From assembly GCA_021826315.1 (NCBI GenBank), contig JAKAZZ010000008.1, positions 3,452 through 67,451 of the forward strand: DNA of 64,000 nucleotides. The letters are read 5' to 3'. This DNA comes from Actinomycetes bacterium. GTDB lineage: Bacteria > Actinomycetota > Acidimicrobiia > Acidimicrobiales > Acidimicrobiaceae. Under the pieces are notes generated by a model that saw only the letters and a list, made by a program, of their open reading frames with translations, did not search any database and was not told the origin of the DNA. Each line of letters starts with the position of its first letter. Position 1 is the stretch's first letter. Made by a program: the position numbers and the translations under genes. Positions 21,715 to 33,636 of the stretch are shown piece by piece.

Positions 21715-22830
21715 TCAAATAGCGCACGTTGCAGCGACTCGGTTCAAGTGGGTAGCGCGATTGAGCACCGTAGATCTACGGAGTAGAACCTCACCGATTG
21801 CAGCTGCATCTACTAAAAATCCGTCGTGTCCAACTGGGCTTGAAACCAGATCCATGGTGGCGTTTTCACCAATACCGATTGCAATTTCATATTGAAGGTG
21901 AGGGTGGAAAAGCTCATCACCATCGACGCCGATCACTATAGTCTTAGGGGAAATCTTGGAGAGCGCCGCCTGTACGCCTCCCCTTCCGCGGCCGAGATCA
22001 AAGTTCGACATCGCTTTAACCAACGTGATATAGGTGTTAGCATCGAATCTTTGAGTCAACTTATGACCGTGATATCGGAGGTACGAATCGACCTCGAATT
22101 CCGCCGAGGGAGAACCAGTAGCATCGCTCTTGTTGGCAAATCGGCCATCTAGTTCAGAAGAGTTGCGATACGAAAGGTGAGCAATACCACGCGCCAATGC
22201 AAGACCTTCTTCCGGCGTTACGCCGAAGTCCAAGTAGCGTCCCCCATGGAAGTTCGGATCCATCTCGATCGCTCTGATCTGTAACGACGATAAGCCAACT
22301 TGAAAAGCCGTTGATCGCGCACTTGCGGCAACGACCGCCAATTCATCGATCATTGTTCCAAAACGATACCCCCACTCGAGGGCACGCATCCCGCCCATCG
22401 AGCCTCCGATTACCATCGCAAGATGGGTGATCTTGAGGTGATCTATAAGGGCTTTTTCTAGTAAAACCTGGTCGTTAATCGTAATATCGGGAAAATCTGC
22501 CCCATATGTTCGGCCATCTCGTTGCTGGGAAGTCGGGCCAGTAGTCCCATAACAACTCCCGAGAACGTTGGGGGCGATCACAAAGAACTTATCGGTGTCG
22601 ATAGCCTTGCCTGGACCAATTAGATCTTCCCACCATCCTGCGACATCGCTATCACTGTGGCTAGCCGCATGTGAGTCACCGGTCAAGGCGTGTAAGACTA
22701 GAACCGCATTATCTTTCGCGACGTTTAAAACGCCCCAGGTCTCATAAGCCACATCAATAGGACTGAGGGATTGAACTCCCTCAGTCACAAACAAGCGATC
22801 GCTAAAGAGTGTCACTACTTTTCGATCCAC
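21715..22830 (-). CDS. metX: homoserine O-acetyltransferase
   Basis: HALTGDSH, GGSMGGM nucleophile elbow, GHDGFL; start moved to GTG 22830 with RBS GGAGAG. Confidence 0.93.
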   Translation of the reverse strand: MDRKVVTLFSDRLFVTEGVQSLSPIDVAYETWGVLNVAKDNAVLVLHALTGDSHAASHSDSDVAGWWEDLIGPGKAIDTDKFFVIAPNVLGSCYGTTGPTSQQRDGRTYGADFPDITINDQVLLEKALIDHLKITHLAMVIGGSMGGMRALEWGYRFGTMIDELAVVAASARSTAFQVGLSSLQIRAIEMDPNFHGGRYLDFGVTPEEGLALARGIAHLSYRNSSELDGRFANKSDATGSPSAEFEVDSYLRYHGHKLTQRFDANTYITLVKAMSNFDLGRGRGGVQAALSKISPKTIVIGVDGDELFHPHLQYEIAIGIGENATMDLVSSPVGHDGFLVDAAAIGEVLLRRSTVLNRATHLNRVAATCAI

Positions 22831-22840
22831 CAGTCTCTCC

Positions 22841-24175
<1,335 letters not shown>

Positions 24176-24242
24176 TTAGTACAGATACCCCGTTAATCGG
24201 GAATTTTCGAGCGAATTGTTGAGCGAGGAAAGCTGAAAAGCT

Positions 24243-24293
24243 TCAACCTATAGCTGTCAGATCAAACACATTCGAAAGAGCACCGTAACTCAT
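24243..24293 (-). CDS. putative leader peptide (MSYGALSNVFDLTAIG)
   Basis: AGGAG-ATG, 16 codons, between the riboswitch and metY. Confidence 0.3.
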   Translation of the reverse strand: MSYGALSNVFDLTAIG

Positions 24294-24321
24294 CTCCTAA
24301 CGATAGGGATGGCCCGGAAAG

Positions 24322-24436
24322 GACACCCCGCCTTGTAGCATTACGCAACTACCAGCTCTTCCTTCGGGGGCACCGTTCTGCGGGAGCGGTTGCCAGTTTG
24401 CCAGCCGAAGGACTTTAGGCAAACAATCTTGAGCTA
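24322..24436 (-). ncRNA. SAM-IV riboswitch
   Basis: GCTCAAGA...GGCAACC...GGTGCC...GAAGAGC core; pseudoknot TCCTTCGG/CCGAAGGA; upstream of metY-metX. Confidence 0.8.
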
Positions 24437-24912
24437 ATTCAACAATACAGGACAGTCAGTTAAATTCGATCACCCAAATTGAAAATTTTAAAAATTACAG
24501 ATATGACTAAAGGATACCGAAAACGCATCCCTAATAACGAAAAAATGTCATTACTTTGGAATCTATATAATTTGAAAACTCGTTGCAAAGCACATTAAAT
24601 ACTATGAACTCTAGAGTCAATAAGCAGGACGTTATTGCCTATTAGCACAATTGTCGGTATAGCGAGTTCTTGAAAACCTTGGTAAGAAGTTAGGGATTTC
24701 ACTATCAATTGACTCGCGTTACCCCACCTCGCAAAAGCTGCGTCGATGGAAACCGGCTTCACTCATATGCCCGTAGCTACGATCTAGCTTGCCTATGACG
24801 GAGAATTGGCGAAGACTCCTTAACGCCGATTGACCCAGTAGTAAGTCGATAACCAAAAGGCCGTGTGACGATCGGGTAAGCGTTTGGACTCTACTTCACT
24901 GAAAATACGACG

Positions 24913-25335
24913 GTGCCGAAAAGTTTGGCTTTTTTATTGAACGGCCTCGCGCTTACTGATAGCATCACCAACATGGTGTTGATATCGGCAATAACCTTAG
25001 CCTTCAAAAATTATGTAAACTTCCAAGGACGAGCAGGAAGAGGCGAGTACTGGTGGTTTGCGCTAGCTAGTGCAATAGTTGCGACCGTGACTTCAACGCT
25101 TTCGGCGACTTCCAGTTTTTATGCAGCCTTCTACGGACTCTATGTTCTAGCAGTTTTTATCCCAGCATTGTCGCTTGCGGTTCGTCGTCTACACGACACC
25201 GATAGAAGTGGATTTTGGCTGTTCCTCTTCTTAGTACCGTTTTTCGGCGTTATTATTTTGATAGTCTTCCTAGCGCAAAAAGGAACCCCGACAGCCAATC
25301 GGTTTGGCACGCCACCGTTGCAACTTACTGCCTAA
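24913..25335 (+). CDS. DUF805 (YhaH-like) membrane protein
   Basis: FQGRAGRGEYWWF, LAVRRLHDTDRSG, NRFG; start may be ATG 24973. Confidence 0.9.
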   Translation: MPKSLAFLLNGLALTDSITNMVLISAITLAFKNYVNFQGRAGRGEYWWFALASAIVATVTSTLSATSSFYAAFYGLYVLAVFIPALSLAVRRLHDTDRSGFWLFLFLVPFFGVIILIVFLAQKGTPTANRFGTPPLQLTA

Positions 25336-25451
25336 TTTGAAATTCCAAAGATGACGGCGCTAACGCCCAACCAACGGCGATTCGGGGTGAACTCAAACTC
25401 TCGCGGTAATAAAATAAATAGAGCCAAAGTCGGTAATCAGGTTGACAAACC

Positions 25452-26432
25452 CTACCTCCAGTGGGAGGAGTTACCGATCTCGATTCTTAGGGGAGGTTCT
25501 GCACCCTCTCTCTGACAAGTAATGGCAGATACCTCCATCGCCGCCTTCACGCCATCTTTGACAAACTCAAAGTTTTCTAGGTCGGCCCTGTTGTACTTCC
25601 TCTGCAACCAATAGGCCAAAAAGCCGCCAACAAATGAGTCGCCGGCGCCAACCGTATCAATAACATCCACTTCCAAAACGTCAAAGGTTTCAAATCCACC
25701 AGGATGGTACAACTCGAGGGGTAATGCTCCATTGGTGACGAAGACGATCTTTGCGCCCGCCTCTTGAATCTTTCGAACCGAATCTTTGTGAGGTTCATCC
25801 CCAAAGAGATAGAAGAGGTCTTCAGTGCTTACCTTAACCAAGTCGCTCCGCGAAAATATTCTCCTAACCCTATCGACGTAATCTTGCCTATCGCGCACGG
25901 CTGCTGGACGGCAGTTTGGATCGATTAAGACGATGATGTCTTCTGCGCAATTTAGGATCAACTCTTCGCCCGCTGTAGCCATAGGTTCGACAAAAAGGGC
26001 AAGGGTACCGATGTAGAGAGCGCCTAGTTCGGACGCATACCGATTAATAACATTATCTAACGATGGAAGATCTACCTGAAATGCCGCCGTCTCATGGAGG
26101 TGGAAGTGATAGCTAGCAACTCCATCTTCAACTTCTGCTATCGCCACGGTCGTAGGATAGACCAATGATTCGGAAAATCCAAGAATCACGCCATCTTCAA
26201 CCAGTTTCTTTCGAATTCCCCGTCCAAAAATATCCTCTGAGATCCCCATAAGGGCGAGGGACCGAGCTCCCAAACGAGAGATCGTCCTAGCTACGTTGAA
26301 AGGGCCGCCTCCGGCAACCAAAACGGGTGGTTTATCGCTGGCTACTATAAGGTCAACGAGATTCTCGCCAATGACTCCCACTAGATCACGACCCACCACG
26401 CACCGCCTAACCCCGCGAAGGAACACAACCAA
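25452..26432 (-). CDS. PfkB-family carbohydrate kinase (fructokinase-like)
   Basis: GGGPFNVA, DPNCRP, DTVGAGDSF. Confidence 0.9.
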   Translation of the reverse strand: MVVFLRGVRRCVVGRDLVGVIGENLVDLIVASDKPPVLVAGGGPFNVARTISRLGARSLALMGISEDIFGRGIRKKLVEDGVILGFSESLVYPTTVAIAEVEDGVASYHFHLHETAAFQVDLPSLDNVINRYASELGALYIGTLALFVEPMATAGEELILNCAEDIIVLIDPNCRPAAVRDRQDYVDRVRRIFSRSDLVKVSTEDLFYLFGDEPHKDSVRKIQEAGAKIVFVTNGALPLELYHPGGFETFDVLEVDVIDTVGAGDSFVGGFLAYWLQRKYNRADLENFEFVKDGVKAAMEVSAITCQREGAEPPLRIEIGNSSHWR

Positions 26433-26619
26433 ACTTCGCTCAAAAGGAAGAATCTACACGACCGAGCCACAAGGAGCGTAACTTATAGGTATCACCGATA
26501 CGAGAGTAAAGGTTCCAAACGCCTCAAAGACTTCATCAACTTTACTATGAATCCTCCTAGATGCGTGGCTTGCTTCATTGGCTCCAAATTTGCATCGCTG
26601 ACGTTGTTATACTAAAAAG

Positions 26620-26634
26620 GTCATCTTTGATGAC
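26620..26634. promoter_or_regulatory. palindromic TetR-type operator next to an extended -10
   Basis: TGTTATACT (26605-26613) followed by GTCATC-TTT-GATGAC upstream of the TetR gene. Confidence 0.55.
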
Positions 26635-26677
26635 ATGGTCTTTAATACAAGCGACAAAAGCGTGGAAGGTTCATCGG

Positions 26678-27277
26678 TTGACCAAAGAGAGAAAGCCAGC
26701 CGAACTACGTCGAAAAGAGATAATTGACGTTGCCCTTGCACATTTCGCAAATAACGGCTTCAATGCAACATCGACTGCAAGTATTGCTGCCGACGCAGGT
26801 ATATCTCAAGCGTACCTATTTAGAATCTTTCCATCCAAATCACAACTCATCGCCGCGTGCATAGATTACGCTTTCGACCGCGTAGAAGATTTAATGCGAG
26901 AGGCTTCCGTGGGATTGAGTGGGGGCGATGCTCTTCTGGCGATCGGGAACGCATATCTCAACTACCTCTCTGATAAAGATCTGCTCCGCGCCCAATTACA
27001 GTGCTACGCCGCCGCATCCGTACCCGAGATTGGAGCCCTCGTAAGAGAGCGCTACAAAAAACTATGGGCGCAGGTAGCCGACGTGGGCGGGATTCGCAAG
27101 GAAGAGGTTCGCGACCTCTTCGCCAAAGGCATGTTACTTACAGTTCTGGCAGGCATCGAGATCATCGACGTTGACCCTCAATGGATCATCGACTCCGAGG
27201 TATTTCCGCCATGCCCAGTCTGCGGAGAATCACCCACCTTCGATGAAGATATGATCCTCCGTCCCCACACCCACTAG
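26678..27277 (+). CDS. TetR-family regulator with C-terminal CxxC...HxH tail
   Basis: HTH GFNATSTASIAADAGISQAYLFRIF; start moved to TTG 26678. Confidence 0.88.
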   Translation: MTKERKPAELRRKEIIDVALAHFANNGFNATSTASIAADAGISQAYLFRIFPSKSQLIAACIDYAFDRVEDLMREASVGLSGGDALLAIGNAYLNYLSDKDLLRAQLQCYAAASVPEIGALVRERYKKLWAQVADVGGIRKEEVRDLFAKGMLLTVLAGIEIIDVDPQWIIDSEVFPPCPVCGESPTFDEDMILRPHTH

Positions 27278-27356
27278 CGAATCTATAATTTCACCACTTT
27301 CCAATCGGTACCTTTGTTAGGTTCTATCTAACTAGAGCAAAGTTGGTAAAGATCAG

Positions 27357-29114
27357 ATGAACTACGACGTATCGTCACCGGTATCGGGCACGATAAGTGA
27401 AGTGCGCATTTTAGTGGGTAGCCCCGTGGCCGAGGGGACGATCATCTGCTACGTAGAGTCAATGAAGATGGAGTACGAGGTAAAGGGGGAGGCAGCGGGG
27501 AGAGTGCTAACCGTCAACTTTACAACGGGCAGCCAAATTTCAGTTGGAGACGTCATCTGCACGATCGAATCAACTGTCGAAGAAACTAGCGTCCCCAAAC
27601 GGACCGACGACGAATCACTCTCCCCCGAATTTGAGCTCTTATCGCATCGGGATTCCCTCTATAACACCCAGGCTGCGCGCATTCGAAATGGTAGGCGCCA
27701 GGGAGAACTGACCGCCCTCGAACGCATCGAGCTACTATTTGACGACGGTAGTTTCGAAGAGTACGGCAGATTTGCCATCGCCGCCCAAAGACGAAGGCGT
27801 CCCTACAACGAATTAGTTGAAAGGACTCAAAACGACGGAGTCATCACGGGTGTCGGTACTGTAAATGGCACTGCGGTCGCAACCATCTGCTACGACTACG
27901 ACGTTCTTGCTGGAACCCAAGGTCTCCAAAATCACCGAAAGCTCGACCGAATCCTCGATATCGTCTCGCGCCGACGACTCCCCTTGGTAACCTTCGCCGA
28001 TGGCGGAGGAGGAAGGCCAGGCGACTCCGACGGCTTTGTTCCAACGGGTCTCGAAGTGAGCTCTTTTGCAGAGATCGCCAAACTCTCAAAGAAGGTCCCT
28101 CATATTGCTATCGTGAGCGGCTACACCTTTGCTGGAAATGCCGCCCTAGCAGCTGTCGCAGATTTGATTATCGGCACGGATGGCCTCTCGATGGGAATGG
28201 GAGGCCCCGCGATGATAGAGGGCGGTGGCCTCGGAACATTCCATCCCAGCGAAGTTGGACCAATCGATGTTCTTGAAGAAAACGGCACAATCGATATAAG
28301 GGCTATCAATATGAGAGGTGCTATCGAATTATGCAAGTTAGCACTAGGGGTTATCTCTAAAAAAGTAGATAACTTCGCGGATGCGAAAACGACGATCGAC
28401 CTTGATCACGTGGTTCCCAGCAAGAGGGGGCGCACCTTCGACCTTGACCTTATCATCGATGGCTTAGTCGACTCTGAGACAAAGATCGAGCTTCGGCCTA
28501 ACTTCGCCAAAAACCTAAGGGTCTACCTAGCTCGAATAGGGGGTTACTCCGCTCTAATTATGGCAAATGATTCCCGACATTTAGCTGGAGCTATCGACCG
28601 AGACGCCGCCGCAAAGGCCATAGTCGCATATCGAATCGCCAATAAATTCGATCTACCGATAATTTCCTTCATAGACACTCCGGGTTTTATTGTTGGGCCA
28701 ACAGCAGAGGCCGAAGGGGGCCTTCGCACCTTTGGACAACTCTTTATCGAAGGAGCAACCTGTGAATCTGAGGTCATCGCTGTAGTAATTCGTAGAGGTT
28801 ACGGATTAGGCGCAATGGCAATGACAAAGGGTTCCTTCAAAGAACCCCTCAAAACAGTCTCTTGGCCAACGGGTGAATTCGGGGGTATGGGCCCCGAAGG
28901 TGCAATTCGCCTTGGATATAGAAAGGAGCTCGAAGCAATTGCCGACCCTGTTGAAAGGGAGGCAAAGTACAACGAACTCCTTCAGGCACTATTAAAGTCC
29001 ACTAGCGCACTCTCTCTTGCCGACGCCTTTGAGATCGACGACGTCATATTGCCAAGCAATACTCGGGGGACGCTGATGCGACTACTTGAACAGCTGCAAA
29101 CCCTCGTCGGCTAG
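27357..29114 (+). CDS. biotin carboxyl carrier-carboxyltransferase fusion (no biotin carboxylase domain)
   Basis: ESMKME biotinylation motif, then CT motifs DGGGGRPGD, GGPAMIEGGG, DTPGF. Confidence 0.85.
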   Translation: MNYDVSSPVSGTISEVRILVGSPVAEGTIICYVESMKMEYEVKGEAAGRVLTVNFTTGSQISVGDVICTIESTVEETSVPKRTDDESLSPEFELLSHRDSLYNTQAARIRNGRRQGELTALERIELLFDDGSFEEYGRFAIAAQRRRRPYNELVERTQNDGVITGVGTVNGTAVATICYDYDVLAGTQGLQNHRKLDRILDIVSRRRLPLVTFADGGGGRPGDSDGFVPTGLEVSSFAEIAKLSKKVPHIAIVSGYTFAGNAALAAVADLIIGTDGLSMGMGGPAMIEGGGLGTFHPSEVGPIDVLEENGTIDIRAINMRGAIELCKLALGVISKKVDNFADAKTTIDLDHVVPSKRGRTFDLDLIIDGLVDSETKIELRPNFAKNLRVYLARIGGYSALIMANDSRHLAGAIDRDAAAKAIVAYRIANKFDLPIISFIDTPGFIVGPTAEAEGGLRTFGQLFIEGATCESEVIAVVIRRGYGLGAMAMTKGSFKEPLKTVSWPTGEFGGMGPEGAIRLGYRKELEAIADPVEREAKYNELLQALLKSTSALSLADAFEIDDVILPSNTRGTLMRLLEQLQTLVG

Positions 29115-29129
29115 CTGGTCTCGACCCTT

Positions 29130-29849
29130 CTAGAGGCCGCTGTGGCCAAAGAGAGCTCCAACGCCAGCAGTTACCGCCATGGCAAGTGATCCACCGACCA
29201 TAACTCGAAGTGTTGCTCGAATTGGCTTGGCTCCACCGACCTTGGCTCCGACCCATCCAATGACTGCCAGGGCAACAATGGCCACTACGACAATAACGGG
29301 AATCTTCACGGAAGACGGTGAAAGAAGGAGTGCCACGATCGGGAAGATTGCACCGAAGGTAAAGGCGGCGGCAGATGCAAGCGCAGCTTGAACTGGATTT
29401 GCCCGATTCATATCGGCGATTCCAAGTTCCTCGCGAGCGTGCGAACCAAGGGCATCGTGAGCAGTTAGCGCTTCGGCGACCTGTAGAGAAAGCTCCTTGG
29501 AGAGTCCACGCTCTTGATAAAAGCCTGCTAGCTCCCGAAGCTCGGCCTCAGGATAGTGCTCTAACTCGAGAGCCTCTCTTGCTAGATCGGCCTCCTCTGT
29601 ATCGCTTTGCGAGGAGACTGAAACGTACTCGCCAGCAGCCATTGCCATGGCACCGGCTGCTAGAGCGGCTAATCCGGTTGCGAGGATTCCCGAACGCGAG
29701 GCGGCCGCCGCGGCTACGCCAATCATGATGGAGGCAGTAGAGACGATACCGTCGTCAGCACCTAGGACGGCGGCTCTTAGCCATCCCGCACGATGTAGTT
29801 TGTGTGATTCGATATTTGGATGCGGCTTTTTGTTTTCGACGGAGGTCAT
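29130..29849 (-). CDS. VIT1/CCC1 family Fe/Mn transporter
   Basis: LRAAVLGADDGIVS, AMAAGEYVSVSSQ. Confidence 0.93.
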   Translation of the reverse strand: MTSVENKKPHPNIESHKLHRAGWLRAAVLGADDGIVSTASIMIGVAAAAASRSGILATGLAALAAGAMAMAAGEYVSVSSQSDTEEADLAREALELEHYPEAELRELAGFYQERGLSKELSLQVAEALTAHDALGSHAREELGIADMNRANPVQAALASAAAFTFGAIFPIVALLLSPSSVKIPVIVVVAIVALAVIGWVGAKVGGAKPIRATLRVMVGGSLAMAVTAGVGALFGHSGL

Positions 29850-29901
29850 GGCATCATTCTAGTCCTCAATCGTTTGAGATGAAACTTACGTTACTTAGAG
29901 T

Positions 29902-29920
29902 TAAGGAAGGCTTTACCGAA
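29902..29920. promoter_or_regulatory. possible IdeR/DtxR box between VIT1 gene and acnA
   Basis: TAAGGAAGGCTTTACCGAA, 15/19 to TWAGGTWAGSCTWACCTWA. Confidence 0.45.
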
Positions 29921-30011
29921 ATCGAACCAAAGGCACTCATGAAGCTCGATTAGTAAGTCAAACCCTCAATTTAGTAACATTGAGAAAAAACGAATCTACT
30001 AAGGAGAATCA

Positions 30012-32669
30012 ATGGCCGACACCTTCGGAACACGGCGCTCACTTACTGTCGGTGATAAAACCTATTCGATCTACTCAATCGCCGATGAATCGAAGTTGGG
30101 TGCTGTAGCCACCCTTCCCTATTCGCTCAAGATCCTCCTCGAGAATCTCCTCAGAAAAGAAGATGGCGTTTCAGTTACGCCAGATGACATCACCGCCTTG
30201 ATCTCCTCCCGCAAAGAAGAACGCGAGATTGCATTTTCTCCAGCACGTATCTTGATGCAGGACTTTACCGGAGTACCGGCCGTCGTCGATCTAGCGACGA
30301 TGCGCGACGCAATCATTAGCCTCGGTGGAGATCCATCGAATGTCAATCCCCTCGTCCCAGCGGAGCTCGTCATTGACCACTCGGTCATCGCCGACGACTT
30401 TGGAACGTCCAACTCATTTTCGATCAACGCCGCCCTTGAAGCACAGAGGAATAAAGAGAGGTACCAATTCCTCCGGTGGGGTCAGCAGGCATTCAATAAC
30501 TTCGTCGTGGTACCACCTGACACCGGAATCTGCCATCAAGTCAACCTTGAATACCTAGCGAGGGTTGTCTTCGTAGACGACCAAGGAGTCGCCTACCCTG
30601 ACACCCTTGTCGGCACTGACTCTCACACGACAATGATAAATGGCCTAGGAGTGGTTGGCTGGGGCGTCGGCGGCATTGAAGCCGAAGCTGCGATGCTTGG
30701 TCAGCCCATATCAATGCTCATTCCCAAGGTAGTTGGAATTAAGCTCACAGGAGAGCTACCTGCTGGAACAACCGCGACTGACTTGGTCCTTGTCGTAACA
30801 GAGATGCTGAGAAAACATGGCGTCGTCGGAAAGTTCGTGGAGTTCTATGGACCTGGCTGTGCAAATGTTCCCCTTGAAAATCGCGCGACAATCGGAAACA
30901 TGTCGCCTGAGTACGGCTCTACGATCACAGTCTTTCCGATTGACAACGAAGTCATCCGCTACCTCGAATTAACGGGACGTTCAAAAGAGCAGATCGCCCT
31001 TGTTGAGGCGTACGCTAAAGCACAGGGTCTCTGGCTAGATCCAACCCTCGAACCCGAGTACGATGAAAAACTTGAACTCGACTTATCCAGCGTGGTTCCC
31101 TCAATAGCTGGTCCCTCAAGGCCACAAGATCGCGTCTCGCTAAGTGCTGCGAAGGCGAGCTTCGAAGAGGCCCTGGCTAAGCAGATAACAATCTCGAACG
31201 GAGATCGTGATGCCAAGGGTGAAGTGACACTACCTGACTCTAAGAGCTTCAACATCGAACACGGTGCCGTTGTCATCGCAGCTATCACCTCGTGTACCAA
31301 TACCTCTAACCCATCCGTCATGGTGGCCGCCGGCCTAGTTGCGAAGAAAGCTGTGGAGCGCGGTATTACCCGGAAGCCTTGGGTAAAGACGACTCTTGCC
31401 CCTGGTTCCAAAGTTGTAATGGACTATTACGACCGCTCTAACCTCACTCCGTACCTCGAGAAGATGGGTTTCTACCTTGTTGGTTACGGTTGCACGACAT
31501 GCATCGGCAACTCAGGACCACTCATTTCAGAGGTATCGCAAGCTATCAATGAAAGTAACATCGCGGCCGTTTCAGTCCTATCTGGAAACCGCAACTTCGA
31601 GGGTCGAATCAATCCTGATGTGCGCATGAACTACCTTGCCTCTCCACCGCTTGTGATCGCATATGCAATAGCGGGCACCATGAATATCGACATTATGACC
31701 GATCCAATCGCAGTCGATGCCGATGGCAAAGATGTGTTTCTAAAGGACATCTGGCCAACTGAGAAAGAGGTCGCAGAGGTAATCCGTGAGGCAATCGGAA
31801 CTGAAATGTTCACCTCCTCCTATGCAGGAGCATTCGAAGGCGATGAAAGGTGGAGATCTCTCGAGATACCAACCGGGGATCACTTCGCGTGGAACAATGA
31901 GACTTCGACGTACGTACGTCAGGCTCCATTCTTCGAAGGGATTCCAAAGGAGCCAGCCCCAGTAACGGCCATATCTGGAGCCAAGGTTCTAGGGATCTTT
32001 GGTGACTCTGTCACCACAGATCATATCTCTCCCGCTGGCAACATTAGAGCTACCTCTCCCGCTGGTATCTGGCTAACAGAAAATGGCGTTAGCAGTGAGG
32101 ACTTCAACTCCTATGGGGCAAGGCGCGGTAACCACGAGGTGATGATTAGGGGAACCCTCGCGAACATTCGTATTCGCAATCGTCTTGCCGACGGAAAAGA
32201 GGGTGGCTACACCAAACTGCTCCCAGATGGCGAGATCACTACGATCTACGATGCTGCTATGGCGTACAAAGAGCGTTCAGTCCCCTTGGTAATCCTCGCT
32301 GGTAAAGAGTACGGATCAGGTTCATCTCGAGACTGGGCCGCCAAAGGAACTAACCTCCTAGGCGTAAAGGCAGTTATTGCTGAGAGCTTTGAGCGCATCC
32401 ACCGTTCCAACTTGGTCGGCATGGGTATTCTTCCTCTTCAATTTCTTGAGGGAGAAAACGTCGATTCTTTGGGACTTACGGGGTATGAAGACTTCTCCAT
32501 ACTTGGAGTAGAGTCCCTAAACTCCGGGAGCAAGCCAGCCACGCTGCAGGTAGTAGCTGATAATAAAGAGTTCACTGTTCGACTTCGAATCGACACACCA
32601 GGAGAGCTCGACTACTACCGCCACGGTGGAATCTTGCAGTTCGTCCTCCGCAACCTAGCAGCTAAGTAA
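30012..32669 (+). CDS. acnA: aconitate hydratase A
   Basis: [41 protein letters not shown]. Confidence 0.98.
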   Translation: MADTFGTRRSLTVGDKTYSIYSIADESKLGAVATLPYSLKILLENLLRKEDGVSVTPDDITALISSRKEEREIAFSPARILMQDFTGVPAVVDLATMRDAIISLGGDPSNVNPLVPAELVIDHSVIADDFGTSNSFSINAALEAQRNKERYQFLRWGQQAFNNFVVVPPDTGICHQVNLEYLARVVFVDDQGVAYPDTLVGTDSHTTMINGLGVVGWGVGGIEAEAAMLGQPISMLIPKVVGIKLTGELPAGTTATDLVLVVTEMLRKHGVVGKFVEFYGPGCANVPLENRATIGNMSPEYGSTITVFPIDNEVIRYLELTGRSKEQIALVEAYAKAQGLWLDPTLEPEYDEKLELDLSSVVPSIAGPSRPQDRVSLSAAKASFEEALAKQITISNGDRDAKGEVTLPDSKSFNIEHGAVVIAAITSCTNTSNPSVMVAAGLVAKKAVERGITRKPWVKTTLAPGSKVVMDYYDRSNLTPYLEKMGFYLVGYGCTTCIGNSGPLISEVSQAINESNIAAVSVLSGNRNFEGRINPDVRMNYLASPPLVIAYAIAGTMNIDIMTDPIAVDADGKDVFLKDIWPTEKEVAEVIREAIGTEMFTSSYAGAFEGDERWRSLEIPTGDHFAWNNETSTYVRQAPFFEGIPKEPAPVTAISGAKVLGIFGDSVTTDHISPAGNIRATSPAGIWLTENGVSSEDFNSYGARRGNHEVMIRGTLANIRIRNRLADGKEGGYTKLLPDGEITTIYDAAMAYKERSVPLVILAGKEYGSGSSRDWAAKGTNLLGVKAVIAESFERIHRSNLVGMGILPLQFLEGENVDSLGLTGYEDFSILGVESLNSGSKPATLQVVADNKEFTVRLRIDTPGELDYYRHGGILQFVLRNLAAK

Positions 32670-32676
32670 CACCAAC

Positions 32677-32710
32677 GGCCATAGCTAGAGACTTCCTTCT
32701 AGCTATGGCC
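32677..32710. terminator. hairpin between convergent genes
   Basis: GGCCATAGCTAGA...TCTAGCTATGGCC. Confidence 0.75.
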
Positions 32711-33636
32711 TAATTACGACTAACGTTGATTACGCTTCCAACCACCAAAATCAGACTCAAGATGGTAAGAGCGGAGATGGACTGGTGCAGAAGTAACGCC
32801 GACAGTCCTATCGTAGCGATAGGTTGCAGGTAGAGAAAGAGTGCCGCAACCTGGGAGCCACCACTTGAAACTCCCCGAATCCAAGCAACCATTGCAACTA
32901 AATTGGAGCCAAGGCTAATAGTAGCGATCTCGCCGACACTCGCCAAAGTTAAATAATTGGGGCGCACCCCTCCAAAGACGAAGGGAGCAAGTAGCGCCAA
33001 AGGCGCAGAGGTCAAAGATAATTGTGCACTCTTATCAAAGGCTGGGCAATTCCAACGCTCTGACAAAACGGTAAACAGTCCCCAAGATACAGCGGCAAGT
33101 GTTGCAAAGACGACACCAAGGGCCGAATTAGCATGCCTACCACCACTAGCGCCGCCTATAAGGGGAATGAGGCTAGCCGAAATTGCGACGATAAGCGAAA
33201 GACCTACCCTCTTAGATGGCATTTGACGCCTCGCCCAAGAATCAATAAAGACGATCCAAACTGGTTCAGTAGTAAGAACTATTCCAACCACCGAAGCTGA
33301 AGTTGTAACGAGCGCGAGCGAGATAAACAAGTTATAGGCCACACCTCCAAAGAGAGAGTACGCCAAAGCCCGAATGCGACCTATATCGCCCCTTACCGGC
33401 GTAACGACCTTGCGAGCAATTACCGAGCGCACAACGTAGACGAGAAAGAAGGCAACCCCTGTTGGAACCAGCCTTAAAAAGAAGAGCCAGCTGCTAGAAA
33501 ACCTCTCTCCGAGGGCATATGTTGCAACGGGCGCCGCGCCCCAAATCGAAACGGCCGCCAAAAGATAAAGCTGACCCTTTGACTCCTTAGTTGTCGTCAC
33601 TTTGATACTGGTTCTTCGGACGCTTACGGTTCGCAA
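32710..33636 (-). CDS. DMT/EamA family transporter
   Basis: About 10 hydrophobic segments in two repeats; true start uncertain (ORF overlaps dnaB end). Confidence 0.75.
   Translation of the reverse strand: MRTVSVRRTSIKVTTTKESKGQLYLLAAVSIWGAAPVATYALGERFSSSWLFFLRLVPTGVAFFLVYVVRSVIARKVVTPVRGDIGRIRALAYSLFGGVAYNLFISLALVTTSASVVGIVLTTEPVWIVFIDSWARRQMPSKRVGLSLIVAISASLIPLIGGASGGRHANSALGVVFATLAAVSWGLFTVLSERWNCPAFDKSAQLSLTSAPLALLAPFVFGGVRPNYLTLASVGEIATISLGSNLVAMVAWIRGVSSGGSQVAALFLYLQPIATIGLSALLLHQSISALTILSLILVVGSVINVSRN

Noticed and set aside
25360-25410. GGGGTGAA suggesting a c-di-AMP riboswitch
   Set aside because: Other conserved elements are missing and it lies between convergent gene ends
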